Source: Candidatus Bathyarchaeia archaeon
GTDB taxonomy: Archaea; Thermoproteota; Bathyarchaeia; Bathyarchaeales; Bathycorpusculaceae
DNA: 64,000 nucleotides
Direction of reading: 5' to 3'
Assembly: GCA_038883775.1 (NCBI GenBank)
Contig: JAVZLM010000005.1
Coordinates: forward strand, 32,001 to 96,000
Each line of letters begins with the position of its first letter. Positions within the stretch are counted from its first letter, which is position 1. Made by a program: the position numbers and the translations under genes. Shown here piece after piece: positions 18,693 through 28,691 of this stretch. The notes beneath the pieces are model-generated. The model was given only the letters and a program-made list of their open reading frames with translations, had not been told where the DNA came from and did no database searches.

Positions 18693-19400
18693 TTATACTG
18701 TTTTTAACCTTCTACGAACCGCTGGATTCTGCTCGGCAAGCCTCTTCAAAGTCATCTCAAAAGTTTCGCCATTCAAAACTTCTTTTTCAATGAAAACCCC
18801 AGTTCTGCCAACCTCATCTCGTCTTAAAAGCGCATGGACACGGTCTAAAACAGTTTCCACTGATATTCCTAAAAGTTTAGCAGTGTGCTCTTCACAACCA
18901 ATGATTGTGCTTTCTTTATGCCCCTTTTCAGTAGGCTCAATCAACATTAACCGCTTATCCACGCCACAAACTCGCACACCATCCCTCAAATTTTTTATAG
19001 TGGCTTCGCCGCCGAAACGGTAGAATTCCCTTTCCACTTTACGCATTTTCATCAACGGAAAAGAAACGCGGGTTTTCTCGTCTATTTCGATGTAGGCTTT
19101 CATGGCGTATGCTGGCGTGGCTTGCACAACCAAACGCTTATTAGCTCTAATTCCAGCCTTCTCCAAAGCAGATTCCACAGTAAAAGAAGAAACTTGAAGG
19201 GGTATGAAAACGTCTATGTCGCTTTTCTCGTTTACGTCGCCTCTTGCAATGCTACCGTGAACGATGGATTCTAAATGGAAAACAGCTAAAGCCTCCATTA
19301 TTCGTATGGCTTTACCCCTAAAATTTTCGATTAAACTCCAACGTTTAGCATCATATACAACCTCTCGGTATTCCAAGCGCCTTTCAGGCTTTGTAGCCAT
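18693..19400 (-). CDS. Archaeal nucleotidyltransferase (Pol-beta fold, COG2413-like)
   Basis: HGSIARGDV..SDID, RVCGVDKRL and GRTGVF. Confidence 0.85.
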   Translation of the reverse strand: MATKPERRLEYREVVYDAKRWSLIENFRGKAIRIMEALAVFHLESIVHGSIARGDVNEKSDIDVFIPLQVSSFTVESALEKAGIRANKRLVVQATPAYAMKAYIEIDEKTRVSFPLMKMRKVEREFYRFGGEATIKNLRDGVRVCGVDKRLMLIEPTEKGHKESTIIGCEEHTAKLLGISVETVLDRVHALLRRDEVGRTGVFIEKEVLNGETFEMTLKRLAEQNPAVRRRLKTV

Positions 19401-19478
19401 GATTTTATTCCCTTTTCAAAAGACTATTGTATTTGATTTATTTTTAGTAATTGGTAGATAAGAAAATGTGAAACGCAA

Positions 19479-20423
19479 ATGAGCCCAAACGCTATACAAT
19501 GCAGCATTTGCAAACGCAGAGAAGCATTTTTTTATAGGCAATACTCTGGAGAAAAACTCTGCAAAAAATGTTTCACAGAATCAATTGAGGCAAAGGTTAG
19601 AGCTACAATTGCCAAATATGGAATGTTCGAATTCGATGATAAAATAGTTGTTGCAGTTTCTGGCGGAAAAGACAGCGTTAGCCTTCTCCACATCTTAGCA
19701 AAAATAGAGCGGGATTACCCGAAAGCTTCGCTTATAGCGGTTACTGTGGATGAGGGAATTAGGGGCTACCGTGACGAAGCCTTAAAAATAGCAATGGAAA
19801 ACTGTAAAAAACTTGGCATAGAACATCACATAGTCTCCTTCAAAGAACTTTATGGGTATAGGCTTGATGAAGTTGTTAAGAAGTTGAAAGAGAAAGGCAA
19901 TACGAGGCTGACGCCGTGTGCATATTGTGGCGTAATGAGAAGAAAAGCATTAAACATAGCTGCAAGAAAACTTGAAGCAAACAAGATAGCCACAGCCCAC
20001 ACATTAGACGATGAAACCCAAACAATTCTCTTAAACATTTTTCACGGTGACGTTTTGCGCATAGCAAGAGAAAAACCAGTTACAGACGAAACCCATCCAA
20101 AACTTGTGCGGAAGGTGAAGCCTTTCTGTGAAATTCCAGAAAAGGAAACAGCCCTTTATGCTTATGTTAAAAAGATAAAGTTTCAAAGTATGCCATGTCC
20201 ATACGCTTCAGAAGCCTTAAGGAATGACATCCGTCTAATGCTTAACCGTTTGGAAGAGAAGCATGCTGGAATAAAATTTACAATTTTCAAATCCGTAGAA
20301 AAAATTCGTCCAGCATTGGAAAAAATTGCTAAAAGAGAAGAAGTGAAGGAGTGCAGTGAATGCGGAGAACCAACCACAGACAAGATATGCAAAACTTGTC
20401 AAATGCTTAGGGAAATAGGCTAA
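19479..20423 (+). CDS. TtuA/Ncs6-family tRNA thiolation protein (TIGR00269-like)
   Basis: PP-loop SGGKDS, CAYC, and N- and C-terminal Zn fingers. Confidence 0.9.
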   Translation: MSPNAIQCSICKRREAFFYRQYSGEKLCKKCFTESIEAKVRATIAKYGMFEFDDKIVVAVSGGKDSVSLLHILAKIERDYPKASLIAVTVDEGIRGYRDEALKIAMENCKKLGIEHHIVSFKELYGYRLDEVVKKLKEKGNTRLTPCAYCGVMRRKALNIAARKLEANKIATAHTLDDETQTILLNIFHGDVLRIAREKPVTDETHPKLVRKVKPFCEIPEKETALYAYVKKIKFQSMPCPYASEALRNDIRLMLNRLEEKHAGIKFTIFKSVEKIRPALEKIAKREEVKECSECGEPTTDKICKTCQMLREIG

Positions 20424-20474
20424 GCATAGCTAACCGATATTCATATAAAGAAGAAGAATTGAACACAAAACTAT

Positions 20475-21230
20475 ATGAATGATTTAATTGCCACACTGGT
20501 TTCAGTCACAACAGTCAGCCTCATGTCGTTAACGGGAATTGTTTTTATAGGTTTAAAGGAGAATTTGTTAAAACGTGTCTTAATGTTTTTTGTGGGCTTC
20601 TCTTCGGGGACTCTTTTAGGAAGCGCATTTTTGGATTTGTTGCCGGAAGCCATAAATTCGGAATTTGGAGAAACAGCCTTCTATTACGTTATAATAGGCA
20701 TAGTTTCCTTTTTCGTCCTAGAAAAGTTTCTTTATTGGCGCCACTGCCACGAAGAAGAATGCCCAGTCCACATGTTTGTATACCTAAACTTGGTGGGAGA
20801 TGGAATTCATAACTTCATTGATGGAATGATAATAGCAGCCACATACATCCTTTCCTTCGCAAGCCGCAACTACCACTTAGGCTTTGCAACTACATTGGCG
20901 GTGATTTTCCATGAAATTCCCCAAGAAATTGGAGACTTCGGAGTCCTAATCTATGGCGGTCTCACAAAAAAGAAGGCTTTAGCCTACAATTTTATTTCCG
21001 CAATAACAGCAATTCTAGGAGCCATCACCACATACTTGCTCACTTACATAGAAAGCATGACGACTTTTCTTGTAGCTTTCGCCGCAGGCGGCTTCATATA
21101 CATCGCAGCCACAGACCTCATGCCAGAACTGCACAAAAGAACTCGGGCAAGCATCTCAATTACCCAGTTTCTAACAATCATGCTAGGAATAGGACTGATG
21201 GCCTACTTAAAAACCGTTACTGGAGCTTAG
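20475..21230 (+). CDS. ZIP family metal transporter
   Basis: GDGIHNFIDG, FHEIPQEIGD and LMPEL. Confidence 0.93.
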   Translation: MNDLIATLVSVTTVSLMSLTGIVFIGLKENLLKRVLMFFVGFSSGTLLGSAFLDLLPEAINSEFGETAFYYVIIGIVSFFVLEKFLYWRHCHEEECPVHMFVYLNLVGDGIHNFIDGMIIAATYILSFASRNYHLGFATTLAVIFHEIPQEIGDFGVLIYGGLTKKKALAYNFISAITAILGAITTYLLTYIESMTTFLVAFAAGGFIYIAATDLMPELHKRTRASISITQFLTIMLGIGLMAYLKTVTGA

Positions 21231-21436
21231 CACTCTTCTGTTTTAGAATTGCATTCCGTTTCAATCTGCGTAAAATCATAGAAGCTTCATTAGCATCGTT
21301 TGCTGAGGCTACTTTCTTCGCATTTTCTAAAAAAATTGTGGTGCCACAGTATGGACATGTCCTTGTTTTTTGTCCAGTCTTAGCTAATAAAAAACCCCTA
21401 CATTTATGACAGATAACTACAATGAAGGATTTCATG
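21217..21436 (-). CDS. Small zinc-ribbon protein (DUF1922-like); start approximate
   Basis: CHKC...CPYCG; ATG of MKSFIV follows AGGAG. Confidence 0.7.
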
Positions 21437-21499
21437 CTTCTCCTATCCGAAAACCTTTTCCACACGCAACTAAATAACCCTTAATACTAGGGAGTAGAA

Positions 21500-21868
21500 G
21501 TGAGCACAGAAAAAAGCGCAGAGAAAAAGCCAATATCCCCATTAATGGAGATGGCTATACAATATTTTAAAAAAGACGGCTACAAAGTGGAACTGGAGAA
21601 TACCGCGCTTGAGGGTTATAGTGGAATTTTGAGAAAATTTGACCTAGTTGTTCAGAAAGGCCGTGTTACCCAAGGAGTTTGGGTAAAAGATTGGAACAGA
21701 ACAATAGGAATAAATATCATAATAAATCTAGATAAGGCTTCAGAAGACGTGGGGCTCTCAAATCCAATAATAATAGGAGAACAATTCAGTGACCACGCAA
21801 AAGCCTATGCAAACAGAAGAAAAATCATTTTATTAACAAAACGACAAGTTTCTCCAAAAATTAGGTAA
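21500..21868 (+). CDS. Mrr-like PD-(D/E)xK-fold protein
   Basis: GYKV..GYSG..FDLVV..VKDW..FSDHA. Confidence 0.65.
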   Translation: MSTEKSAEKKPISPLMEMAIQYFKKDGYKVELENTALEGYSGILRKFDLVVQKGRVTQGVWVKDWNRTIGINIIINLDKASEDVGLSNPIIIGEQFSDHAKAYANRRKIILLTKRQVSPKIR

Positions 21869-21871
21869 AAA

Positions 21872-22459
21872 CTAAATTTTTAAAAATTCCCCCAACAAAC
21901 CTTCCTTTTCCAACTTGCCAAGCCAATCCACAATGCCCACACGACATTTTCCACGCTTCATTAAGATATTCCAAATTTCGTCAACAACTTCCTCAACACT
22001 CTTTCCAGTAACATCCAACTCGCAAACCTTCTCTTTCCCATGAACCTTTAAAGCGTCAACTAAACAAACGTCAAGAATTTCAGAAGCCAAATTCTCCCAT
22101 AACTTACGTCCAGAAAAGCCAACCTTTTCCATAAAGCCCTTTAATTCAACCGGGTCTCGCCTCAAAACAAAAACGTATGTAACAAGTTTTTTGGGAACAA
22201 CGCCGACAGCATAGTGTCCATCAATAACCACATATTCCCTATCACATTCGGCTATTATTTTGCTGATTTTACGCATCATTCGCCTTTCATCAACAATGAT
22301 AGAGTTTCTCTCCATGTCTTTGCCAGAAACAAGATTTTCCCGTAAGGCTAATTCAGTCAAACTCACATAAAAAGCATCAAGCTTAACACACAAAAGCTGC
22401 GCCACAGAAGATTTTCCAACGCATGGTGTCCCAGTCAACAAAATAACTCGTCTAGACAT
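21872..22459 (-). CDS. Atypical adenylate kinase (AK6/Fap7 family)
   Basis: TGTPCVGKS, IDGH, VLR, ENL.SE and VDWL. Confidence 0.88.
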   Translation of the reverse strand: MSRRVILLTGTPCVGKSSVAQLLCVKLDAFYVSLTELALRENLVSGKDMERNSIIVDERRMMRKISKIIAECDREYVVIDGHYAVGVVPKKLVTYVFVLRRDPVELKGFMEKVGFSGRKLWENLASEILDVCLVDALKVHGKEKVCELDVTGKSVEEVVDEIWNILMKRGKCRVGIVDWLGKLEKEGLLGEFLKI

Positions 22460-22549
22460 TCACTAACCATCCATAATTTGTAGTAAAAGCTTTACACCAA
22501 AATAAGGTTTCCAAAATTCTTATTGCTAACGCTTACGCACATATATTTT

Positions 22550-22868
22550 GAGCTGGCGAAGTTGGCGGGTGGCTTTCGAGCCCGCTTTAAGGGCTTGAGG
22601 AAACTCCGCCCACAAGTAGAATTGCAACACCCGCAAGGGTGTAAGGCGAGAGCCTTGGCAACGGAGCAGAAACGAAACGTCCATCTAGCAGTTGCCAATG
22701 ATACATGCTAAGTTGTTGAGAATGCTGGACGGAAACGGTGAAACGGCCGCCCTGCAAGTGGAAAGGGCAAACAGACGCCTGTGAGGAATCTACCCAGAGG
22801 CGCGGGTAGCCCGATTAGTCGAATGCCACCTAAAACTAAAGGCGGGTTACAGCCAACATCGCCAGCTC
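22550..22868 (+). ncRNA. rnpB: RNase P RNA
   Basis: P1 GAGCTGGCGA/TCGCCAGCTC; P4 halves GAGGAAACTCCGCCC and AACTAAAGGCGGGTTAC; GGAAACGGTGAAACGG. Confidence 0.95.
22829..22864 (+). repeat. Direct repeat copy 1 (rnpB 3' end)
   Basis: 33/36 nt identical to 28601-28636. Confidence 0.85.
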
Positions 22869-22945
22869 TATAAATAACACTAGCCCTCCAGATCGCTGAG
22901 CAATGTTACCATCGTGCATTGTGCATCTGCTTGCGGACTATTTCT

Positions 22946-23710
22946 CTATTCTATGATTCGCCTGAAACTAATTGAAGCTATGATAAACATTACAGCGTCA
23001 AAAATTGCAATTGCAGCTAAATCCAGTAAAAGGTTTGAAACGTTTCCTGTAATTAATAAGCCTCTTACGGCATCGACAACGTAACTTAGCGGGTTAAATG
23101 TTGAAAATTCCCTTAGGATCGGCGGCATCATTTGAATAGGATATAGGGCGTTGCTTGCAAAGAATAGGGGCATGATTATGGCTTGGCCTATGCCCATAAA
23201 CCTTTCCCTAGTTTTCATAAAAGAAGCCACAAGTGTAGATATGGCGGCGAATCCGCCTGAAGCAAAAAAGATTATTGTGAAGGCTAGGATGAAGTAGGCT
23301 GGGTTGGGTATAAACTGCACGCCAATTATAAGCGCTATGGGCAAAATTATTAGGGCTTGGAATAGCGCCCTCACGCCTGAAGCCATAGACCTTCCTATCA
23401 CCATGGAATACCTTGAAGCTGGCGTGACAAGCAACTTCTTCAAGATGCCGGAGTCCCGCTCCCAAACCATCATCAACCCATAGAATATGCTGACGAAAGT
23501 TGTTGTTTGAATCATAACCCCCGGCGTTATGAAGTCCGTGTATGGCACTCCGCCTGTTGGTATAGCCCTAACACTGCTCATGACTGGGCCATAAATGACT
23601 ATCCATAGGATTGGTTGAACAGCCCTAAAGTAGATTTCCGTCCTGTCATGGCGTAGTCTCCTCAATTCCAGCTCAATCATAACCAGCATATTTTTAAAGC
23701 CTTCCATCAT
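22946..23710 (-). CDS. ABC-2 type exporter permease (DrrB-like)
   Basis: Multi-TM; ERDSG.LKKLLVTP and NPLSYVVDAVRGL. Confidence 0.9.
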   Translation of the reverse strand: MMEGFKNMLVMIELELRRLRHDRTEIYFRAVQPILWIVIYGPVMSSVRAIPTGGVPYTDFITPGVMIQTTTFVSIFYGLMMVWERDSGILKKLLVTPASRYSMVIGRSMASGVRALFQALIILPIALIIGVQFIPNPAYFILAFTIIFFASGGFAAISTLVASFMKTRERFMGIGQAIIMPLFFASNALYPIQMMPPILREFSTFNPLSYVVDAVRGLLITGNVSNLLLDLAAIAIFDAVMFIIASISFRRIIE

Positions 23711-23713
23711 GCC

Positions 23714-24711
23714 TTATCCCTTCCTAATCATATAACGCATATGCGTAACATCGCTGATTCTACCCTTCTCCTCAAGCCTTGTCCCAACATACTTAAGGAA
23801 AACATCATCCAACGTTGGCTTAGTTATAGAAACCTTCCCTACGGATATGCCCTCACCTTTTAAGACGTTCATTAGGCTTGGTAAGGTGGATTCGGCATCA
23901 TCAACAAACACACTTAAACTTCCATCTTCGACAAAGACATCCCTTATAAAACTTAATTTCCGAAATTCTTTACTTAATTCAGGTTTGATGGTCGCCTTTT
24001 CAAGCGTAAATGCGACGATCTCGCCGCCTAATGAATGCTTCAGCTCTTCACTTGTTCCTCGAGTCACTATCTTTCCTTGGTTAATTATGGCTATGTCATC
24101 CGCATATAAGTCAGCCTCATCCATGTAATGTGTATTAAAGAATATGGTTACGCCGTATTCCCTCTTAAAAACGTTTAACCTTTCCCAAACAACCTTCCGT
24201 GCAGCTGGATCCAAACCAATTGTTGGCTCGTCTAAAAACATGATTTTCGGCCTAATAAGCATGGCACATGCTATTTCAAGTCTCCTATCATCCCACCAGA
24301 ATATGTCCTAACCAATTCATTTTTCACATTGATTAAACCCATATGCTCCAAAACTTCATCAATTATTTTTTCCCTTTCATCAGTTGACAAACCGAAAATT
24401 TTAGAATAAACTAAAAGATTTTCATAGCCGCTAATATCCGTCCAAACGCTCATCTCTTGAGGAACATAGCTGATTAGCCTTCTAACCTTGCCGCCTTGAC
24501 GGACAACATTCAAACCGAAAACATGTGCTTCTCCGGCAGTAGGCTTAATCTGCGTTGTCAAAATGCGCATAAGAGTGGTTTTTCCAGCACCATTCGGCCC
24601 TAACAATGCAAATGCCTTTCCAGTCTCAACCGTCAAATCCACACCATTCAAAGCCCTAACCTTTCCATTGTAAACTTTTACAAGGCCATTAACTTTAACA
24701 GCAAAATCCAT
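23714..24711 (-). pseudogene. ABC exporter ATPase (DrrA-like), frameshifted at ~24287
   Basis: Walker A GPNGAGKT and YSGGM are in one frame; RRLEIACAML..LDEPT is in another (ATGATAGGAGA lacks one A). Confidence 0.85.
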
Positions 24712-24862
24712 TTCCCCGTCACCCTTTAGTAACCAATAAGCCTACAAACACAAGCTTAAAAACTTTATAGAAAAAATATTAAATGACGCTTTTCGTTTCG
24801 AACAGTTAATATCTTTCTGTTAGAACACAACAGATGCAAATTTGACATTTGCTGGGTGAAGC

Positions 24863-26035
24863 ATGGATAAAAACGATAAGTTGCTTGCTTTTGTGTACTT
24901 AGTCGTCTTTTTTATAGGAATGATGTTCGGTATTGAAAGTGTAATTCCTCTTTTCTTTAAGTCCTTGGGAGTGGCACTCATTGACTGGGGAATATTAGCT
25001 TTCTTATCCACGTTTGGAATGTTGCTTTTTGAAATGATTTGGGGAATACTATCAGACAAATTCGACAAATTCAAGCTCATATTAGGAGGCCTTTTTACAT
25101 CCGCCATTGTGACATTGGCTTACATCGCACCTTTCTCTTTTTACCTTTTTTTGATTCTTCAGGCTTTAAGAGGAGCGTTTAATGTGATGTCGCCACCATC
25201 TACTAGAACGCTTGTCTCTGAATTGTCTTCGTCTAGAAATCTTGTATTTGTATTGGGTTTATGGTTCTCAGCAATAAGACTAGGTTCAACGGTTGGTTCT
25301 CTCTTTTTTAGCTACGTAGCTCAAGAGTTTAGTTATGCCATAACATTTATTTCTTGTTCCACATTGTTATTCGTAATTGGACTGAGTACACTAATTGTTC
25401 TTCGCAGAACAGAATTTTCAACTTATCCCAGAGCTGGAAAACTGAAAACTCGAAGAGTCTCAATGCGGCATGCTCTAAGTGAAATATTAAAGGTAAACTC
25501 AATCTACATGATTTTCTTCTGTGCAGTAATAAGCTTTTTACAGATGAGCATGATAAGAACAATAATTCCTTTGTTTGCTTCTGAAATCCTTGGTGCATCA
25601 ACTTTTCTTGTAGGGTTAAACCAAGCGGAGTTCACAGGTTTCTGTGTAGTCTTCTTTATTCTCTCAGGTTTTCTGGCGGAAAAAATCGGTACGAAGAAAA
25701 CCATTACCATCGGATTCGCAACTCTTCTCTTTTCCGCAATAACATTTTCAATAACTGTTGATTTTTACCAATTGTCAGTTTCAACTATTCTTTCATCCTT
25801 TGGTTTCTCTCTAGTTGCGCCTTCACTTCTCGCGTTATTGATTGGCTCCGTCCCAGAAAAAGTGTTGGGCGCATCTGTGGGAATTTATGGCAGCATTGAA
25901 AACCTAGGCATAACTATAGCCCCATTACTATTCACCATAATCTGGAATTGTTTTGGCATACAATATGTCTTCTATGTCTGCGGAGTAATACAGGCAATAG
26001 GTTTCATTTTCGCGCTAACCTTAAGAGACAGCTAG
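24863..26035 (+). CDS. MFS transporter
   Basis: ~12 TM; G.LSDKF motif A-like, repeated as GFLAEKIG. Confidence 0.88.
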   Translation: MDKNDKLLAFVYLVVFFIGMMFGIESVIPLFFKSLGVALIDWGILAFLSTFGMLLFEMIWGILSDKFDKFKLILGGLFTSAIVTLAYIAPFSFYLFLILQALRGAFNVMSPPSTRTLVSELSSSRNLVFVLGLWFSAIRLGSTVGSLFFSYVAQEFSYAITFISCSTLLFVIGLSTLIVLRRTEFSTYPRAGKLKTRRVSMRHALSEILKVNSIYMIFFCAVISFLQMSMIRTIIPLFASEILGASTFLVGLNQAEFTGFCVVFFILSGFLAEKIGTKKTITIGFATLLFSAITFSITVDFYQLSVSTILSSFGFSLVAPSLLALLIGSVPEKVLGASVGIYGSIENLGITIAPLLFTIIWNCFGIQYVFYVCGVIQAIGFIFALTLRDS

Positions 26036-26187
26036 CATGCCAGCCTTTTCCTCATGTTTGGTTGCCAAACCTTTTTATAAGCGTGTTGCGTTTAGTTTTG
26101 CTGTCACATATTCACTCATGCAATTATAGAGGCCTTTTGAAAGCTTTTGGAAGATGCATGAAAAGTTTTGTGGCAGGAGATAAATAT

Positions 26188-27296
26188 ATGCAAAAACAAT
26201 ACTTCAGAGATTTACAGTTAAGTGCGGAGGTTATGAGGGGAATCGAAGAGTCGGGTTTAGTAATCTTTTTCCAATTCAAGCCCAAGCCATAACTCCTTTA
26301 CTGGAAGGCAAAGATGTTATTGGACAAGCGCAGACTGGAACGGGAAAGACGGCCGTTTTCGGCATTCCAATGATTGAAAGATTAAACCCAAAAGTTAAGG
26401 ATGTTCAAGGCTTAGTTTTAGTGCCAACTCATGAGCTTGCTGTCCAAGTTGCAGAGCGCATTAGCCGATTTGGAAAATACACAAAAATGAAAGTCTTACC
26501 AGTTTACGGAGGAGAACCCATTGAAAAACAAATACGTGCACTTAAAAACGGAGTCCAAATTGTCGTCGGTACGCCAGGCCGCATCATTGACTTGCTTGAG
26601 AGGCGCATGTTAAACTTGGCATTTGTGAGAATTGTTGTTCTCGATGAAGCGGATAGGATGTTGGACATGGGTTTCATAGACGATATTGAACACATACTTT
26701 CAAAAGTGCCAGCTAATAGGCAGACAAGCCTTTTCTCGGCGACAATAGACCACTCGGTAATGAAAATATGCAGTAGATACCTTAAGAATCCTGAAAAGAT
26801 ACTTGTAAGCAAAGGCGAAATAGCCCTTTCACAAATAACCCAATATTACATGGTTGTAAACCCGCACAACAAATTCGAAATTTTATGCAATATTCTGGAC
26901 GAAAACCATATAGAAAAAGCCATAATATTCTGTAAAACCCGACTTGGAACAAGCATGCTTGCAGATAAGCTTAGAAAAAGGGGATACGACGCAAAACCAC
27001 TGCATGCCGGTTTCACCCAATCGCAGAGAGATTTTGTTACAAACTCTTTCCGAAGGGGGAAACTGAAATTGCTTGTTGCAACGGATGTTGCCGCGAGAGG
27101 CTTAGACATTCAAGGAATAACTCACATAATTAACTATGACGTTCCGTTTGACGCCCTCGTATATTTTCATAGGATAGGCAGAACCGCTAGAAAGGGACAT
27201 GAAGGAACAGCCATAACCCTTGTAGGCTACGGTGAACTCATAAACTTTAACAATATAAAAGCCCTCACCAAAACAACAATAGAAGAAATAACGTGA
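26188..27296 (+). pseudogene. DEAD-box RNA helicase interrupted by a -1 frameshift at ~26256 (pseudogene or recoded)
   Basis: The N-terminus MQKQYFRDL is out of frame with FPIQAQAI, AQTGTGKT, DEAD, SAT and HRIGRTAR. Confidence 0.85.
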
Positions 27297-27362
27297 AACG
27301 CCTTTCTTCCCATAACCATAATAGGCAGAACATGCATTCTCTTATGAGGTTAAGACTAAAAT

Positions 27363-27506
27363 ATGCCTACTGACCCTGTTTGCGGAATAATTCTTGATGA
27401 AAGGACGGCCAAGTTCAAAAGCACTTACGAAGGTGAAACCTACTATTTTTGCTCGTTAACATGCAAGAAAAAATTCAAAAGACACTCAACGAAGTTTGTT
27501 AAATAA
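27363..27506 (+). CDS. YHS/TRASH domain protein (47 aa, below the ORF-track cutoff)
   Basis: MPTDPVCG...YEGETYYFCSLTCKKKF. Confidence 0.85.
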   Translation: MPTDPVCGIILDERTAKFKSTYEGETYYFCSLTCKKKFKRHSTKFVK

Positions 27507-27636
27507 CCTTTAGCTATTTTTCAATTGCCTTTATAAGCAAGGTTGAAGATTATTTATCAGTAACGTTCTACCATTGAACATGCGCGTAAACAAGGCAACG
27601 TTACATGCTACAAATAACATAAAAAGGAGTGAAAAA

Positions 27637-27924
27637 ATGACAGAAAATAGGGATGTTATCTTCATTGGAAACAAACCGCCAATGGCCTACGTCCTAGCCA
27701 TTATTACAAGCCTCTCCGCAAGCAACGCCAAAGAAATAACTCTGAAAGCCCGCGGGCAAGCAATTACAACAGCGGTTGACGCAGTTGAAATAGCCAGAAG
27801 ACGCTTCATGAAAGATTTGCAAATAAGCAAAGTATCCATTGGCACCGAGGAAATGCCGCCGAGAGAAGGTGAAAATAGGTCAAGGATGGTTTCGACAATG
27901 GAGATAACCCTTAAAAAAGAGTAG
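27637..27924 (+). CDS. albA: Alba DNA/RNA-binding protein
   Basis: IGNKPPMAYV, LKARGQAITTAVDAVE and VSTMEITL; SD AGGAGTG. Confidence 0.9.
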   Translation: MTENRDVIFIGNKPPMAYVLAIITSLSASNAKEITLKARGQAITTAVDAVEIARRRFMKDLQISKVSIGTEEMPPREGENRSRMVSTMEITLKKE

Positions 27925-27929
27925 GAAAA

Positions 27930-28538
27930 ATGCGAAGCAAAATATCACCCAGCGAATACCTCGCTTTTCTTTCCCTAAAATATGAGGTTGACCCTGACAA
28001 GCTTTTCTACGCAATAGTTTCAGCAAGCGAAACTGGAAAATCCACGTGTGAAAATCTCCTAGTTGAATGCCGTGGTAAACAAAGGAAAGGGATTATCCTT
28101 TTAATAACAAAAGGCAAAAAAGTTGTGGCTCAATTTCCGATACTTAAAGAATTTTTAAGGGAAAAGAACAATCCAATAAAAGAGATAAGAAAAACAAACT
28201 TGTTCCGCAGATACTCCATCATAAAAGGCATTAAACCGCATTCTTTTCAGATAGGAGATTTAAGGGTAGGAATGAGAAAAGTTAACGTGAAGGCGAAGGT
28301 TCTTGAAATCACAAAACCTACTCTTGTTTTTACAAGATTTGGAAACTATGCCAGCGTAGCCAACGCTCGGATAGCAGATGAAACGGGAGAAATTAAACTA
28401 TGCTTGTGGAACAAACAAATAGACTCCATATCCATAGGAGACACGGTTCAAATTGAGAATGCGAACACATCAGCGTTTAGAGGCGAGAAACAATTGAGAA
28501 TTGGAAGAAAGGGTATTTTCCGCAACATGGGAATTTAA
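27930..28538 (+). CDS. OB-fold (SSB/RPA-like) protein with N-terminal extension
   Basis: IGDL..GM.KVNVKAKV, IADETGEIKLCLW and ENA...FRGEKQL. Confidence 0.8.
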   Translation: MRSKISPSEYLAFLSLKYEVDPDKLFYAIVSASETGKSTCENLLVECRGKQRKGIILLITKGKKVVAQFPILKEFLREKNNPIKEIRKTNLFRRYSIIKGIKPHSFQIGDLRVGMRKVNVKAKVLEITKPTLVFTRFGNYASVANARIADETGEIKLCLWNKQIDSISIGDTVQIENANTSAFRGEKQLRIGRKGIFRNMGI

Positions 28539-28600
28539 TGAGGTAAACAAAAACTATAAAATCTCCTTTGCCGCCTTTCTGTAAACTTCAAAGTCACATC

Positions 28601-28636
28601 CCAAAAACTAAAGACAGGTTACAGCCAACATCGCCA
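28601..28636 (+). repeat. Direct repeat copy 2 (orphan rnpB 3' fragment)
   Basis: Shares a perfect 20-mer, GGTTACAGCCAACATCGCCA, with rnpB. Confidence 0.85.
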
Positions 28637-28691
28637 ACCATATGGAGAAATGGATAAAGTTTTAAGGTTTTAATGAATTACAAATTTTATT

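Larger units (their letters stand above)
22869..28636. mobile_element. Putative decayed integrated segment at the rnpB 3' end (no integrase visible)
   Basis: Bounded by the direct repeat; accessory cargo includes two frameshifted genes. Confidence 0.5.

Noticed and set aside
22492-22711. Two short ORFs
   Set aside because: They lie largely within the RNase P RNA.
24262-24290. Pyrrolysine read-through of TAG in the ABC ATPase
   Set aside because: The downstream half is in a different frame, and no slippery site is visible either.
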